Positions 19,239-29,804 of a stretch of DNA of 64,000 nucleotides are shown in pieces. Below the pieces are notes generated by a model, which searched no databases, was not told the DNA's origin, and saw nothing but the letters and a program-made list of their open reading frames with translations. Made by a program: the position numbers and the translations under genes. Positions within the stretch are counted from its first letter, which is position 1. The number at the start of each line of letters is the position of its first letter. This DNA is from Candidatus Tayloriibacteriota bacterium. Lineage in GTDB: Bacteria; Patescibacteriota; Minisyncoccia; Phycocordibacterales; HO2-43-120. The DNA lies in contig JBDTMN010000002.1 in NCBI GenBank assembly GCA_039934295.1, forward strand, positions 26,725-90,724, read 5' to 3'.

Positions 19239-20297
19239 TTATTTTATCGTAAAAGCCTCTACAATTCTAGAGACCTCATCTGCGTCCTTTGCTTCCATCA
19301 AGCGTGCTCGGAGTTCGGCCGCGCCGTCGAAGCCTTGCACATATGCTTTGTAATGTTTCTTCATGATGGCGAAATTTTTCTTTCCATGAAAAAGCTTTTC
19401 AAAAAGCCTGGTGTGCTCAACAAGGGCGCGGAGCTTTTGGGAAAGTGAGATTTCGTTTAAGAAACTTTGTCCCTCGGATGCCTCGGGACGTTTCTGCCCT
19501 TCACCCTGTTCAGGACGTTCCTTTTCTCGAATCTGTTCCAGATTCGAGAAAAGGAACGGATTCCCGAAAATTGCTCGGCCGAGCATCACTCCATCTGCCC
19601 CGCTCTCTTCCGCCTTAGCGAAAGCATCGGCAATTGTCGCAACATCGCCATTGCCGAAAATGAGCGTTTTGGATTTAAGACGATTGCGGATGTCGACTGC
19701 TTCTCGAACGTCCTCCCACCGCGCGGGAACTTTGGACATCTCTTTCCGAGTGCGTGCGTGAAGAGTTATAACTGCGGGCTCTTCGGCGAGAAGCTCTGGA
19801 AGCCATGTCAGAAGCTCATTTTTGTTGTAGCCCAAGCGAGTCTTTATCGATATGGGAATTTTGCTACCTGCAGATTCGAGACCTTCTCTTGCCGCACGAA
19901 CAATGGCTCTCGCAAGCGACGGGTTTTTCATCAGGGCAGCTCCAGCACACTGTTTCTCGATGGCTCTGTCGGGACAGCCCATATTGATATCAAGCCCATC
20001 AAAGCCTAATGTCGCGACTAATTTTGAAGCTTCACGAATCGTGTCAGGGTTGCCCCCAAAAATCTGCGCGACAATCGGCCTCTCTGCTTCAGTGTACATA
20101 AAGTCGAGCAGGAGTTTTTCCCTACCTTCTTTTGGTGCCCGAATAAGCCCGTCAGCAGAGACGAACTCTGTCCACATTACATCCGGTTTCCCGTGCGTTG
20201 CAATAACCCTCCGAAACGCCGCATCGGTAACGTTAGCCATGGGTGCCAAAGCAATTACGGGCTTCTCTAGTTTTTCCCAGAATCCTAAATTTATCAT
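19239..20297 (-). CDS. tRNA-dihydrouridine synthase (DusB-like)
   Basis: LAPMA, DINMGCP, HART, GNGD and GVMLGR. Confidence 0.93.
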   Translation of the reverse strand: MINLGFWEKLEKPVIALAPMANVTDAAFRRVIATHGKPDVMWTEFVSADGLIRAPKEGREKLLLDFMYTEAERPIVAQIFGGNPDTIREASKLVATLGFDGLDINMGCPDRAIEKQCAGAALMKNPSLARAIVRAAREGLESAGSKIPISIKTRLGYNKNELLTWLPELLAEEPAVITLHARTRKEMSKVPARWEDVREAVDIRNRLKSKTLIFGNGDVATIADAFAKAEESGADGVMLGRAIFGNPFLFSNLEQIREKERPEQGEGQKRPEASEGQSFLNEISLSQKLRALVEHTRLFEKLFHGKKNFAIMKKHYKAYVQGFDGAAELRARLMEAKDADEVSRIVEAFTIK

Positions 20298-20359
20298 GAC
20301 TTAGAGAATAGCACGAAAAAACGCCTTGCGAGCATTGGAAAACTATGCTGAGCAAACCT

Positions 20360-21481
20360 TTAATAGATGTCCATTTCTCGGTCGGAAGTTGTCGGTGCAG
20401 GAATATCCGGAAAGGTAAAATTCTCCGCAAGATAATTTACAATGGCGGCAATGTCTGTGTTTCGATCCTCGCTTTTAAGCACTACCACCACCACATTTCT
20501 GTTCACCCCATTTTTTTGCGGAATGTTCCATAGAGATACCGCGGTTCTATCCGCCTCGTCGGTGTAACCATTCTTCCCCCCAAGATAGGAAGGCACTCTC
20601 AAGAAAAGCGCGGAATTTGTCCAGGTGTGAGTCTTAGTAGTGTAAGACGACAACTTCGTAATATCGAAAATAATTTTCTCTTTTTTATAGATAAACTCCG
20701 CGATTTTAAAAAGGTCGAGAGAGGTTGAAGTATTGCGAGGAGAGAGCCCGGACGCGTCGGAAAATGCAGTGTGGGTAGCACCCATCGCGAGCACGGCCTC
20801 ATTCATGGCATCAAGAAATGCCACTCGACCATGGATTCTTGCCAGAGTCTCTGCCGCATCATTTGATGATTCAAATAGAAGAGGGTATAGGAGATCGCCT
20901 ACTCGAATTTTCTCGCCTGACTTAAGCTCGCCTGTCTCGCCATACGTGTCAGTGGCGCTTTTTGGAATCGTTATGATTTCGTCCTGTTTAAGATTCTGGA
21001 GAGAAACATAAGCGGTAACGAGTTTTGTGACAGAAGCTATCGGGAGCACCTCGTCCTTGTTCTTCTCGAGAAAGATTTCCCCCGAATCCAAATCGGCCGC
21101 GACGTATGAGAAGGCGGTCGTTTTCAGTTCGATTTTCTTAGGCAGGCTCTCTTCAATTTTTTTGATAAGATTTTTCTCGTCCGCTCCCGCCACCGCCTCA
21201 TTAGTATCAAAAGTGTCCTGAAGCTCGATGGCGGAAGATTCTGCTCTGTCGGATTCTTTGTTCTCATTTCCTTTCTCCGCGAGAGAAGTAACAGCGGAAG
21301 CTATTCCAGTAACCGCTTCCCTGTCTTCTCCCGAGTTCATCACGTAAGTCCGCCCATGTTCAAAAAAATTCTCATACGCAATTTTTGCTCCCGTAACTGC
21401 CCCCCACGCCAAAGCCCCCCCAAAAAGGAGAGGCGAAAATATCCAAAAAATATAATAAAAAATTGAGCGCTTGGAATACAT
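20360..21481 (-). CDS. D-alanyl-D-alanine carboxypeptidase (S11)
   Basis: ASVTK, SSN, DASGL and KNGYT. Confidence 0.88.
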   Translation of the reverse strand: MYSKRSIFYYIFWIFSPLLFGGALAWGAVTGAKIAYENFFEHGRTYVMNSGEDREAVTGIASAVTSLAEKGNENKESDRAESSAIELQDTFDTNEAVAGADEKNLIKKIEESLPKKIELKTTAFSYVAADLDSGEIFLEKNKDEVLPIASVTKLVTAYVSLQNLKQDEIITIPKSATDTYGETGELKSGEKIRVGDLLYPLLFESSNDAAETLARIHGRVAFLDAMNEAVLAMGATHTAFSDASGLSPRNTSTSLDLFKIAEFIYKKEKIIFDITKLSSYTTKTHTWTNSALFLRVPSYLGGKNGYTDEADRTAVSLWNIPQKNGVNRNVVVVVLKSEDRNTDIAAIVNYLAENFTFPDIPAPTTSDREMDIY

Positions 21482-21500
21482 TTTTAGCGAATATGTTTAT

Positions 21501-21712
21501 TGGAAGCGGACAGAATACCTCGCGTCCCTCCTGCGACGAGGATGAATGGCCGCAGTGGAATGAGAGCGAGCGCCCGCCCGAACGTAACGTTTCGGTACGG
21601 GCGGGGAGCTCGCTCTTCTTGAACTATGTTTCCCTGATGCCTCGCCTAATACCCTGCCGAGGTACTCCGAGGGGACAGCTTGCTGCGGGGGTAGGACGAG
21701 GCCAAACTTTAT
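21501..21712 (+). mobile_element. PATE-like element copy C
   Basis: Highly similar to 12415-12692; TTAT at both ends. Confidence 0.7.
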
Positions 21713-21746
21713 TATACTTTAAAAAAGCATTTCCCATACTTACCTT

Positions 21747-22589
21747 TTATTTGAATTTGTAGAAGACCCTGTTGCCAAAGCGCAAATCAATGTAGTCTAT
21801 ATTCGTGGGAGAATTTTTTACATCTTTTTTAAACGAGTCCGACTCGAGAAGTGTCTTGAGGTGCTCGACAGTTTTTGCAAATGCTTCTCTTTCATTTACT
21901 AACACGCGGTTGTTATCCGAAAGAACAACTTCGTACTCCCCTCCACCTTTGGAAAGAAGCCGTGTGGCTGAAATTCTATTGTTTTCAAGTTCCTTAATGA
22001 AGCCGGACACCTTTTGAAAATCAGCTAGAGGAAGATACTGCGACCCGATTGGGTCAGACTCCGCAATAGCTCCGAAGAAACGAAAATAGACATTTTCGGA
22101 AAAAAGAGGAGCTTTCGAAAACACATACCCGGTGTCATCCATGAAAAAGCAATCCGAAACTTTGACCTCCGCAGACATTTTTTCACCGCACCAGAGAAAC
22201 ATCGCCTTTTTTTCAGTCACGGAAATGGCGAGCGCCGAGAGACCGACTCTCTCAATTTTCACCGAATCGATCCGTTTCCACGTATCCTTCATCTTCTCTT
22301 CAATGAGCCTTTTGGGATAGATAAAAATATTTCTTTTGGAAAAAATTTCATAGTAGCTTCCGTCAAGTTCGCCCTCCACGAGAGAAAGAATGTCATCCTC
22401 GGTTACCGCAGAATTGCCCTCAACCGTGATATCCGAAATGGCAACTTGTTGAAGTTTCGAAAGGTATGAAAGCGAGTAAATCAAAAGGGCGCACAGGATA
22501 ATCAGAAATATTATTTTAATCCAAAAAAATTTCCTCTTTTTTTTAGCGTATTTTTTTGACCTTAGTCTGGATCGTTTGAAGATAGACAT
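21747..22589 (-). CDS. FtsQ/DivIB-like cell division protein
   Basis: Basic N-terminus, TM, POTRA-like region and C-terminal YIDLRF. Confidence 0.8.
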   Translation of the reverse strand: MSIFKRSRLRSKKYAKKKRKFFWIKIIFLIILCALLIYSLSYLSKLQQVAISDITVEGNSAVTEDDILSLVEGELDGSYYEIFSKRNIFIYPKRLIEEKMKDTWKRIDSVKIERVGLSALAISVTEKKAMFLWCGEKMSAEVKVSDCFFMDDTGYVFSKAPLFSENVYFRFFGAIAESDPIGSQYLPLADFQKVSGFIKELENNRISATRLLSKGGGEYEVVLSDNNRVLVNEREAFAKTVEHLKTLLESDSFKKDVKNSPTNIDYIDLRFGNRVFYKFK

Positions 22590-22697
22590 ACAAATGACTT
22601 ATAACTTATCACTGAATAACAAATAGCTGAATGACTCGAAGCAAAAATTCATTTTTGGTTATTCAGTCATAGAGTTTAGAGTCATGAGTTATCTGTA

Positions 22698-23978
22698 TTA
22701 TTTCTGTATCAGCTTTTTGCCGTTCATATAGGGCGTGAGTGCCTCGGGAATTTTAATTGAGCCGTCTTCCTGCTGATAGTTTTCAATAATTACTGCGAGC
22801 ATCCTCCCCATAGCAACAAGCGTTGCATCATTCATGTGTAAGGGTTCGCTCTTGCCGTCCTTTCGCTTCACTTTGGCATTCAATCTTCGAGACTGAAAAC
22901 TTGCCGTCAAATCAGCAGAATGTGTTTCGCGATAGTTGTTTTCCCCCGGCATCCACGTCTCGATATCAATCTGGCGATAGTCGGGAAAAGCCATGTCGCC
23001 AGTGCAGACAGCAACAACACGGTACGGCAGTTTGAGAGAACGCAAAATATATTCCTGGATAGCGACGAGAAAATCCTGTTCAGCGAGAGAATGTTCCGGC
23101 AGGCAAAACGTTTCCATTTCGAGTTTGTCGAACTGGTGCTGGCGCAAGATGCCCTTTGTGTCCTTGCCTGCAGCTCCCGCTTCTCTCCGAAATGCCGATG
23201 AATAGCCCGCGAGGCGTATGGGCAAATCCTGCTCATTCACTGTTGCGTCCATGTACATTGGTCCCAAAGTGTGCTCTGCGCTCCCCACCAGCATCAGGTC
23301 ATCATTCGGAAAAAGGTAATGTTCCTCGGGCGTCAAAAAGCGCGCCATTCTGTTTTGGACCGCAGGCTTCACAAAAACGGGCGGAAGAACCGGAGTGAAT
23401 GCCGTGACGACAACCGAAAGTTTGGCATCTTTGGCAATCTCCTCTAACTTCGCTTTATCGGTGAGCACCCCGAGACAAAACTGCAAAAGTCCGAACTGGA
23501 GTAGAACCGCGTCACCTTTTAGGTATGCAAAACGAGAACCGGATACAGTGCCCGCGGTTTCCGTATCAATTATCCCTAAGGCGACGCCAAGCTCGTGATG
23601 GTCCTTCGGAGTAAAAGCGAATTGTGGTTTCTCTCCCCATTGCCTCACGACTTTGTTTTGGCTTGCATCAGCGCCTACTGGAGTATCCACCGAGGGAATA
23701 TTCGGAATTTTGAGCATTAATGCAAGATATTTTTTGTCCACATCGGCAAACTCCGCCTCAACGGATTCCACTTCCCTTTTGAGCGCAAGACCCTTTTCGA
23801 TATCGCGAAAACGCGCGGCCTCGTTACGCTTTTGGTTTATTTCATCAATCTTCTGCCTTTTAGCTTTCCGGTCTGCATACAATTGCAGCAATTGGTCAAG
23901 ATCCACTTCACGATTCTTGTTTTTGATCGCGGAAGCGACAATATCTTTGTTTTCTTGGATGAATTTAATGTCTAACAT
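22698..23978 (-). CDS. serS: Serine--tRNA ligase
   Basis: MLDIKFI, FRREAG, LRQHQFDKLE, DIETWMP. Confidence 0.96.
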   Translation of the reverse strand: MLDIKFIQENKDIVASAIKNKNREVDLDQLLQLYADRKAKRQKIDEINQKRNEAARFRDIEKGLALKREVESVEAEFADVDKKYLALMLKIPNIPSVDTPVGADASQNKVVRQWGEKPQFAFTPKDHHELGVALGIIDTETAGTVSGSRFAYLKGDAVLLQFGLLQFCLGVLTDKAKLEEIAKDAKLSVVVTAFTPVLPPVFVKPAVQNRMARFLTPEEHYLFPNDDLMLVGSAEHTLGPMYMDATVNEQDLPIRLAGYSSAFRREAGAAGKDTKGILRQHQFDKLEMETFCLPEHSLAEQDFLVAIQEYILRSLKLPYRVVAVCTGDMAFPDYRQIDIETWMPGENNYRETHSADLTASFQSRRLNAKVKRKDGKSEPLHMNDATLVAMGRMLAVIIENYQQEDGSIKIPEALTPYMNGKKLIQK

Positions 23979-24113
23979 AATAGTGCGATACAAATCATCG
24001 AATGCACGCGAATCTACGAATAAAAATCTTTATTCGTTTCATTCGCTGACTTATTCGTATATTCGCATCGTGCTTGATTTTCTAAATCATAACAGAATTG
24101 CTACAATTTGGGA

Positions 24114-24983
24114 ATGGAACACCCAATATTCGAACTTGCTCCCGATCATTTTCCGCCACTTTTGAAAGAAATTCCCGACCCTCCAAAAAAACTTTATGTG
24201 AGAGGGGCGCTTCCCGATTGGAATTCGCTCAAATTTCTCACCGTTGTGGGCTCACGAAAGTTCACAAACTACGGCCGAGAAGCCTGCGAAAAGCTCATTT
24301 GGGGACTCCGAGGATACCCCGTTGCAATAGTCTCCGGACTGGCCCTCGGCATGGACGCGATCGCCCACCAGACTGCGCTCGAAGCGGGACTCACCACTCT
24401 TGCTTTCCCCGGTTCCGGCCTTGACCCGAAAGTTTTGTACCCCGCGACGAATTCCAGGCTCGCCCAGGACATTTTAGAATCGGGCGGAGCATTGCTATCA
24501 GAATTTGAGCCCAATTTCAAAGCGACCCCCTACAGTTTTCCCCGCCGAAACAGGCTCATGGCAGGAATGTCAAACGCAGTTCTCATCGTCGAAGCGGAAA
24601 TAAAATCCGGCACATTAATCACCTCAAAGTTCGCCACGGAATACAACCGCGACGTGTTCACTATTCCCGGATCTATTTTTTCCAAAAATTCAGAAGGCCC
24701 CCACATGCTACTTCGCCTCGGCGCCACTCCCATTACAAAGGAAGCCGACCTCCTTGAAGCGCTCGGATTTTCAGATGAAAACAAAGAGCAATCTTTGGAA
24801 TTAAAATACAAGGACTGCTCGAGTGATGAGCTTAAAGTTATCGAAATTTTGCGAGAGCCCCTGAGCCGGGAAGACCTGCTCGCAACTCTTGCGATGCCGA
24901 TTCACAAGGCAAACACCCTTCTCTCTGTGATGGAAATCAAGGAGATGATTAAGGAGACGATGGGAGAGATGAGACTCATGTAA
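24114..24983 (+). CDS. dprA: DNA-processing protein DprA
   Basis: VVGSR, VSGLALGMD, FPRRNR and SGTLIT. Confidence 0.95.
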   Translation: MEHPIFELAPDHFPPLLKEIPDPPKKLYVRGALPDWNSLKFLTVVGSRKFTNYGREACEKLIWGLRGYPVAIVSGLALGMDAIAHQTALEAGLTTLAFPGSGLDPKVLYPATNSRLAQDILESGGALLSEFEPNFKATPYSFPRRNRLMAGMSNAVLIVEAEIKSGTLITSKFATEYNRDVFTIPGSIFSKNSEGPHMLLRLGATPITKEADLLEALGFSDENKEQSLELKYKDCSSDELKVIEILREPLSREDLLATLAMPIHKANTLLSVMEIKEMIKETMGEMRLM

Positions 24984-25082
24984 TACGTAACTTATAACCC
25001 ATAACTGAATGACAGAATAACCAGAACAAAATTTAGATTTTTGTTATGAGTTATTCAGTTATTAGTTATTCAGTCATCAGTC

Positions 25083-25775
25083 CTACCACCCCTTCTTCTT
25101 CAACCCATTCTCGGCCGCTTTTTGTTCCGCTTCCTGTTTTGACTTTCCATCGCCACTTGCAATCAGAGCGTCGCGCAAGTAAACGCCGACTGTAAAAAAC
25201 TTGTCGTGGTCTGGACCGAGCTCTTTCGATACTTTGTACATGGGTGTGATTCCCTCAATCTCCTGGGATTTTTCCTGAAAAAGACTCTTCGCGTCAATCC
25301 ATGTTCCCTTGACCACGATATCATCGATATGGGGGGTAATATATTTGTTGATAAAATTTTCCGCCTCCTTATATCCCTGATCCAAAAATATCGCGCCGAT
25401 CAAGGCCTCCATCGTATTCGCTAAGATAATCTGTCTTGCTTTGCCCTTATCTTTGCTCTCGCCTTTCGAAAGAAGGAGAAAGTCGTCCATGTTGAGCTCT
25501 ACTGCGATGGAAGAAAGAATAATGGCGTTTACCAAAGCCGAGCGGTAGGAGGTAAGGTCGCCTTCGTTTTTGTTTGGGTATTTCTTATACAAATAAACCG
25601 TAGAAACAAGCTCCAGAACTGCGTCTCCCAGAAATTCCAGCCGTTCATTATGCTCCAGAGTCATCCTCTTGTTTTCATTGATGAAAGAGCGATGAGTAAA
25701 AGCCTGCTTCAAAAGGCCCTTGTTTTTAAAAGAGACTCCTATTTTTTTTTCAAATTGTTCGAAATCCATATACAC
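25083..25775 (-). CDS. rnc: Ribonuclease III
   Basis: HNERLEFLGDAVL plus dsRBD. Confidence 0.96.
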   Translation of the reverse strand: MYMDFEQFEKKIGVSFKNKGLLKQAFTHRSFINENKRMTLEHNERLEFLGDAVLELVSTVYLYKKYPNKNEGDLTSYRSALVNAIILSSIAVELNMDDFLLLSKGESKDKGKARQIILANTMEALIGAIFLDQGYKEAENFINKYITPHIDDIVVKGTWIDAKSLFQEKSQEIEGITPMYKVSKELGPDHDKFFTVGVYLRDALIASGDGKSKQEAEQKAAENGLKKKGW

Positions 25776-25869
25776 GATGCGAATTTACGAATAAATCAGC
25801 GAATGCTACGAATAAATGATTCAACTTCTTCCATTTGTTGATTCGCATGCATTTGTAGATTGGCATCGC

Positions 25870-26766
25870 TTATTTTTTTAGTAAAATACTGACTGCCTTC
25901 GTCACAATCGGCAAAATGTCGTTATATAGGTTAAGCTCGATGATCTCGTCAATTTTAAACCATCGGGCGTCGTTGAGACCCCCCGACTCCCCAAGAGTAA
26001 TCGGCGTATACTTCGATTCTCCCAGAAAATAGTGGACCTCTTTTCTGATTTTGCCTTTCTCGGGGTCCGATGCGATATATTCATTCTTGCCCAAATCTTC
26101 TTTTATCTCAATGTCGAGGCTGAGCTCTTCTTTAATCTCTCGTATTGTCCCCAATTTTACGTCTTCATCCCCTTCGAGCTTGCCTTTGGAAAGGGTCCAA
26201 TGTCCGAAAATATCGTGGACAAAAGCAAGATAGATGGTTTTTTTGCTTTTAGCGAAAACAACAGCCCCGCCCAATTTGATTATCGTCATGTCCTCGTAAG
26301 CGATTTCGGGACGAATTTTCTTCTTTGAAACCTCATCTTTCCCCGGCTCCCCCATTTCCTTATACACAGAGCCGAGCACGCCGTTTACAAATTTGCCACT
26401 ATTTTCTCCGCCAAATTTTTTTGCGAGCTCAATTGCCTCATTAATTGCAACTTTGGCAGGCACTTCAGCTCGGTCCGAAAACAGTAGCTCAAAAAGCCCG
26501 ATGCGAAGGACATTGCGATCCACGTATGAAATTTTGGCGATCGGCCATTCGGGAGCGGCTTTTTCGATTACCTGATCCAAATCTGCTCTCTTTTTTAATA
26601 TATCTTTTGCAAGCGAGACCACGAAAGACAAATCACCGATGCCTGGAGCGAATTCCTTGGCATTTCTCGCTAATATCTCATCAATATCGCTCTCTTTTCT
26701 TTGGGCAAAATCCCACTCGAAGAGCGATTGGAGAACTATTGATCTTGAAAGGTGCCTGTTGGCCAT
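25870..26766 (-). CDS. nusB: NusB fused to C-terminal NUDIX domain
   Basis: VAINEAIELAKKFG..SGKFVNGVL, then WTLSKG...REIKEE. Confidence 0.92.
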   Translation of the reverse strand: MANRHLSRSIVLQSLFEWDFAQRKESDIDEILARNAKEFAPGIGDLSFVVSLAKDILKKRADLDQVIEKAAPEWPIAKISYVDRNVLRIGLFELLFSDRAEVPAKVAINEAIELAKKFGGENSGKFVNGVLGSVYKEMGEPGKDEVSKKKIRPEIAYEDMTIIKLGGAVVFAKSKKTIYLAFVHDIFGHWTLSKGKLEGDEDVKLGTIREIKEELSLDIEIKEDLGKNEYIASDPEKGKIRKEVHYFLGESKYTPITLGESGGLNDARWFKIDEIIELNLYNDILPIVTKAVSILLKK

Positions 26767-26852
26767 TTTACATAGAACATGTAACGCGTAACATATAACA
26801 TTTAAGATCGTATCCTCTTGTGTTACAAGTTGCGTGTTGCGTGTTGTGTGTT

Positions 26853-27101
26853 CTACTTCTTGGGTTCTACCCCCAATGCTTTATTCTTGTCTTTCATCCT
26901 TTGTTCTTTTCTTGCGGTTTTTGCTTCCATATCGATGATCTGCACGCCTCGGTATTTTCCACAGTTCGCGCAAACACGGTGGCGAAGATGCAATTGTCCG
27001 CAATCCTTACACGTCGAAAGACGCGGCTCCCCGAGCGCGTGGTGGCTACGGCGATTTGCCGTGTGAGATCGCGTGTGCCTCATTCGAACTACCATGGGCA
27101 A
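26853..27101 (-). CDS. rpmF: 50S ribosomal protein L32
   Basis: RRSHHAL, CKDC..HRVCANCGKY. Confidence 0.93.
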   Translation of the reverse strand: MPMVVRMRHTRSHTANRRSHHALGEPRLSTCKDCGQLHLRHRVCANCGKYRGVQIIDMEAKTARKEQRMKDKNKALGVEPKK

Positions 27102-27211
27102 TAGTATACCTAAGTAGGAAGAAAAGGCAAGAATGTGTAACGCAAAACGTGTAACGTATAACGCCTGAAAAAATATCCCTTTTTCTTCCGTTACACGTTA
27201 TACGCTACACG

Positions 27212-27799
27212 CTACACATTTTTCAGAAAGCTCCTCCTATGTATCTTAGAGAGACCCCATTTTCGCAGGAGCTTATAGTGCTCTTTCGTGCCATATCCTT
27301 TATGACTCTCAAAAGCGTAGTTCTCATATTTCTTCGACAAACGAACCATAATCCTGTCTCGGGACACTTTTGCCACAATCGAAGCGAGACCGATTATTTT
27401 GATTTTTTCGTCTCCCCTTACAATCGTCTTCTGATTTGTAAATTCTTTTGGCGCCTTGAGTCCGCCGTCAAGGAGAACTTCGCACTCGCAGGGATTTACT
27501 TCGAGCTTGTCGAGACATCTTTTGACCGCAACCTTGATGGCTTTCGAAAGCCCTATCGTATCCAAAACATTCGGAGCAATATGCGATATCGAAAAATCAA
27601 GCGCCCCATTTTTTCTCTCCCGCATTATTTTCTTAAACCATTCCTCGCGCCTCAAGGGAGAAAGTTTTTTTGAATCTTTTGAACCTCGAAATTGAAAAAA
27701 CTTCTCTGATGCCGGCGCTTTAAGAGCGCAGAACGTCAAAGGTCCAGCGATAGGACCACGCCCTACTTCATCGATGCCTATTATATACTTCGAGACCAT
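27212..27799 (-). CDS. rnhB: Ribonuclease HII
   Basis: GIDEVGRGP, DSKKL, ASIVAKV and HKGYGT. Confidence 0.95.
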   Translation of the reverse strand: MVSKYIIGIDEVGRGPIAGPLTFCALKAPASEKFFQFRGSKDSKKLSPLRREEWFKKIMRERKNGALDFSISHIAPNVLDTIGLSKAIKVAVKRCLDKLEVNPCECEVLLDGGLKAPKEFTNQKTIVRGDEKIKIIGLASIVAKVSRDRIMVRLSKKYENYAFESHKGYGTKEHYKLLRKWGLSKIHRRSFLKNV

Positions 27800-27818
27800 T
27801 GAAAATGCGTGGCAAGCA

Positions 27819-28007
27819 CTAGACAAAAAAGAAGAAAATCGCAATCGCCAAAATAAAGTTCACAACCACAACTGTGAGCAAGATGCCTTTAGCCTGACTT
27901 TCTTCTTTGATGATTCCTTTTTTAAGAAGCCACGCAGTCATAGGAGGCACCTGGTTTGAGGGGTAAGACTGCGCTCCATTATTTTCATCGAATTCTACGT
28001 TTGACAT
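27819..28007 (-). CDS. Small membrane protein
   Basis: 62 aa with C-terminal TM. Confidence 0.65.
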   Translation of the reverse strand: MSNVEFDENNGAQSYPSNQVPPMTAWLLKKGIIKEESQAKGILLTVVVVNFILAIAIFFFFV

Positions 28008-28053
28008 AAAAAATGTAAATAGCGATTAATAATCTATTTTACCACTCTGGTTC

Positions 28054-29703
28054 TTATTCCGCAACGATATGGTCTTTGAAATAGCGGAGGGTACTACCGA
28101 CTTTCTTGCCTGGGTTCAGAATGTTTTGCGGGTCAAAAATGTTTTTTACCTCCTTGAAAAGCGCCATGATTTCTTCTCCATACATCTTTGGAAGATAGGG
28201 TGTCCGCACAATGCCGTCTCCATGCTCGGCCGTGATCGAGCCCTTGTATTCTAAGACCAACTTATAGACTTCGCTTGAGACGTTCATAATAATCCCCTTT
28301 TCACGCGGGTCGCGCATGTCCATAAGGGGAATAATATGGAAGTTGCCGTTGCCTACATGCCCCGCAATGGTATAGACGAGTTTGTATCTGTCCAAAATTT
28401 CCGTTAGCTTCGGCATGAATTCGGGCAGGTGTTCGGGTCGAACAATAATGTCGTCGATGAAGGGCGCCGTTCTGCGATTCTTCACATGTTTGCGAAGGAG
28501 ATTGAAACTCTCACGGCGGATCGTCCAATACTTTTTTGATTCTTCCTCCGACGCAGTCACGCGAGTTTTTAAATGAAATGGCGCAAGATGTGCGTCAAGT
28601 TTCTGCATCTTGTCGTTCACGGCAGACTCGGAATCGTCCGCAAATTCGACGAGCACCACGAGCTTGGGCATCCCGCCTGTCACCATCATCCACGCTTCAG
28701 GAAGAAAACTCCACATAAGCTTCAAGAAACTGGTTTTCATCGTGCGCACCATGTCCGGCATAAATTTGATAGCTAGCATTAGAGTGTGGTCATCGTATGA
28801 TTCGAAACTCTCCGGCTTAAAGGGTAAAATTTCATTCACAAGCTTCGCGACAGGGTCGAGGCTTTTTAGGAAGATGACGTATAGTTTTGAATATTTCTTC
28901 ACCGGCACGAGCTTGAAAGTAATTTCGGTCGTAATCGCCAAAGTCCCCTGCGAGCCGACCAAAAGCTTATTCAAATCAAACGTCACTCCATCCCAGACAT
29001 TCCAAAGAAAGTATCCGGCGGAATTCTTGGAAACTTTGGGCTTCGCGCTCGCAAGCAAGTCTTTGTTTTTTTCGACGAGTTCAAAAACGCGTTTGTAGAT
29101 ACTACCTTCAAAATCGTTCTGCGACATTTTGATGTCGAGTTCGGGTTTTGCAAGTGGTTTAACAACATACTCGTTGCCGTCAGAAAAAATCACTTTGAGC
29201 TTATTAATGTAATCTTCCGTTTTTCCATAAGCGAGCGTTTTTTCCCCTCCCGAATTATTGCCTACCATTCCTCCTACGGCGCACAATTCTTTCGAGGCGG
29301 TATAGGAAGGCAGAAACACGCCTTTCTCCAACGTCTTCTTTTCAAAATCCCTATAGAATGTTCCGGGGAGAACAACAGCTTCTTCGTGGCCGGCTTCGGC
29401 AGAAACAGAAAGAGTCCCCTGCATGTATTTGTTGACATCGAGAATAATTGAGTCATTCAAAGGTCCTCCCGACATGCACGTGCCAGCCGCCCTCGGCGTT
29501 ATCGAGAGCGTCGGATTTTCTTTTTTGCGGTCTCGAACAAATCTGACAAGATTTTTTATATCCTCGACATCTTTTGGAAAGACGACTAGCTCCGGCGTCA
29601 CTTCAAGGAGACTCGCGTCGTGGCTGTATTTTTTGAGCGATTCCTCATCGTCCGCCACATCGCCTTTCACAAATTGTTTTATTTCTTCTTTCATGATATT
29701 CAA
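28054..29703 (-). CDS. FAD-binding oxidoreductase (GlcD/D-lactate dehydrogenase family)
   Basis: GGMVGNN, GSQGTL, GHVGNGNFH, AEHGDG and NPGK. Confidence 0.9.
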   Translation of the reverse strand: MNIMKEEIKQFVKGDVADDEESLKKYSHDASLLEVTPELVVFPKDVEDIKNLVRFVRDRKKENPTLSITPRAAGTCMSGGPLNDSIILDVNKYMQGTLSVSAEAGHEEAVVLPGTFYRDFEKKTLEKGVFLPSYTASKELCAVGGMVGNNSGGEKTLAYGKTEDYINKLKVIFSDGNEYVVKPLAKPELDIKMSQNDFEGSIYKRVFELVEKNKDLLASAKPKVSKNSAGYFLWNVWDGVTFDLNKLLVGSQGTLAITTEITFKLVPVKKYSKLYVIFLKSLDPVAKLVNEILPFKPESFESYDDHTLMLAIKFMPDMVRTMKTSFLKLMWSFLPEAWMMVTGGMPKLVVLVEFADDSESAVNDKMQKLDAHLAPFHLKTRVTASEEESKKYWTIRRESFNLLRKHVKNRRTAPFIDDIIVRPEHLPEFMPKLTEILDRYKLVYTIAGHVGNGNFHIIPLMDMRDPREKGIIMNVSSEVYKLVLEYKGSITAEHGDGIVRTPYLPKMYGEEIMALFKEVKNIFDPQNILNPGKKVGSTLRYFKDHIVAE

Positions 29704-29804
29704 TGGAAATGTATGAGCTTGACTTTTTTCTTTGATTAGCTATTATAGTAATACAAATGCCTTCGGGCTCGCCCTCTCACGAGGGAGAAAAATAAGAAAG
29801 ACCG

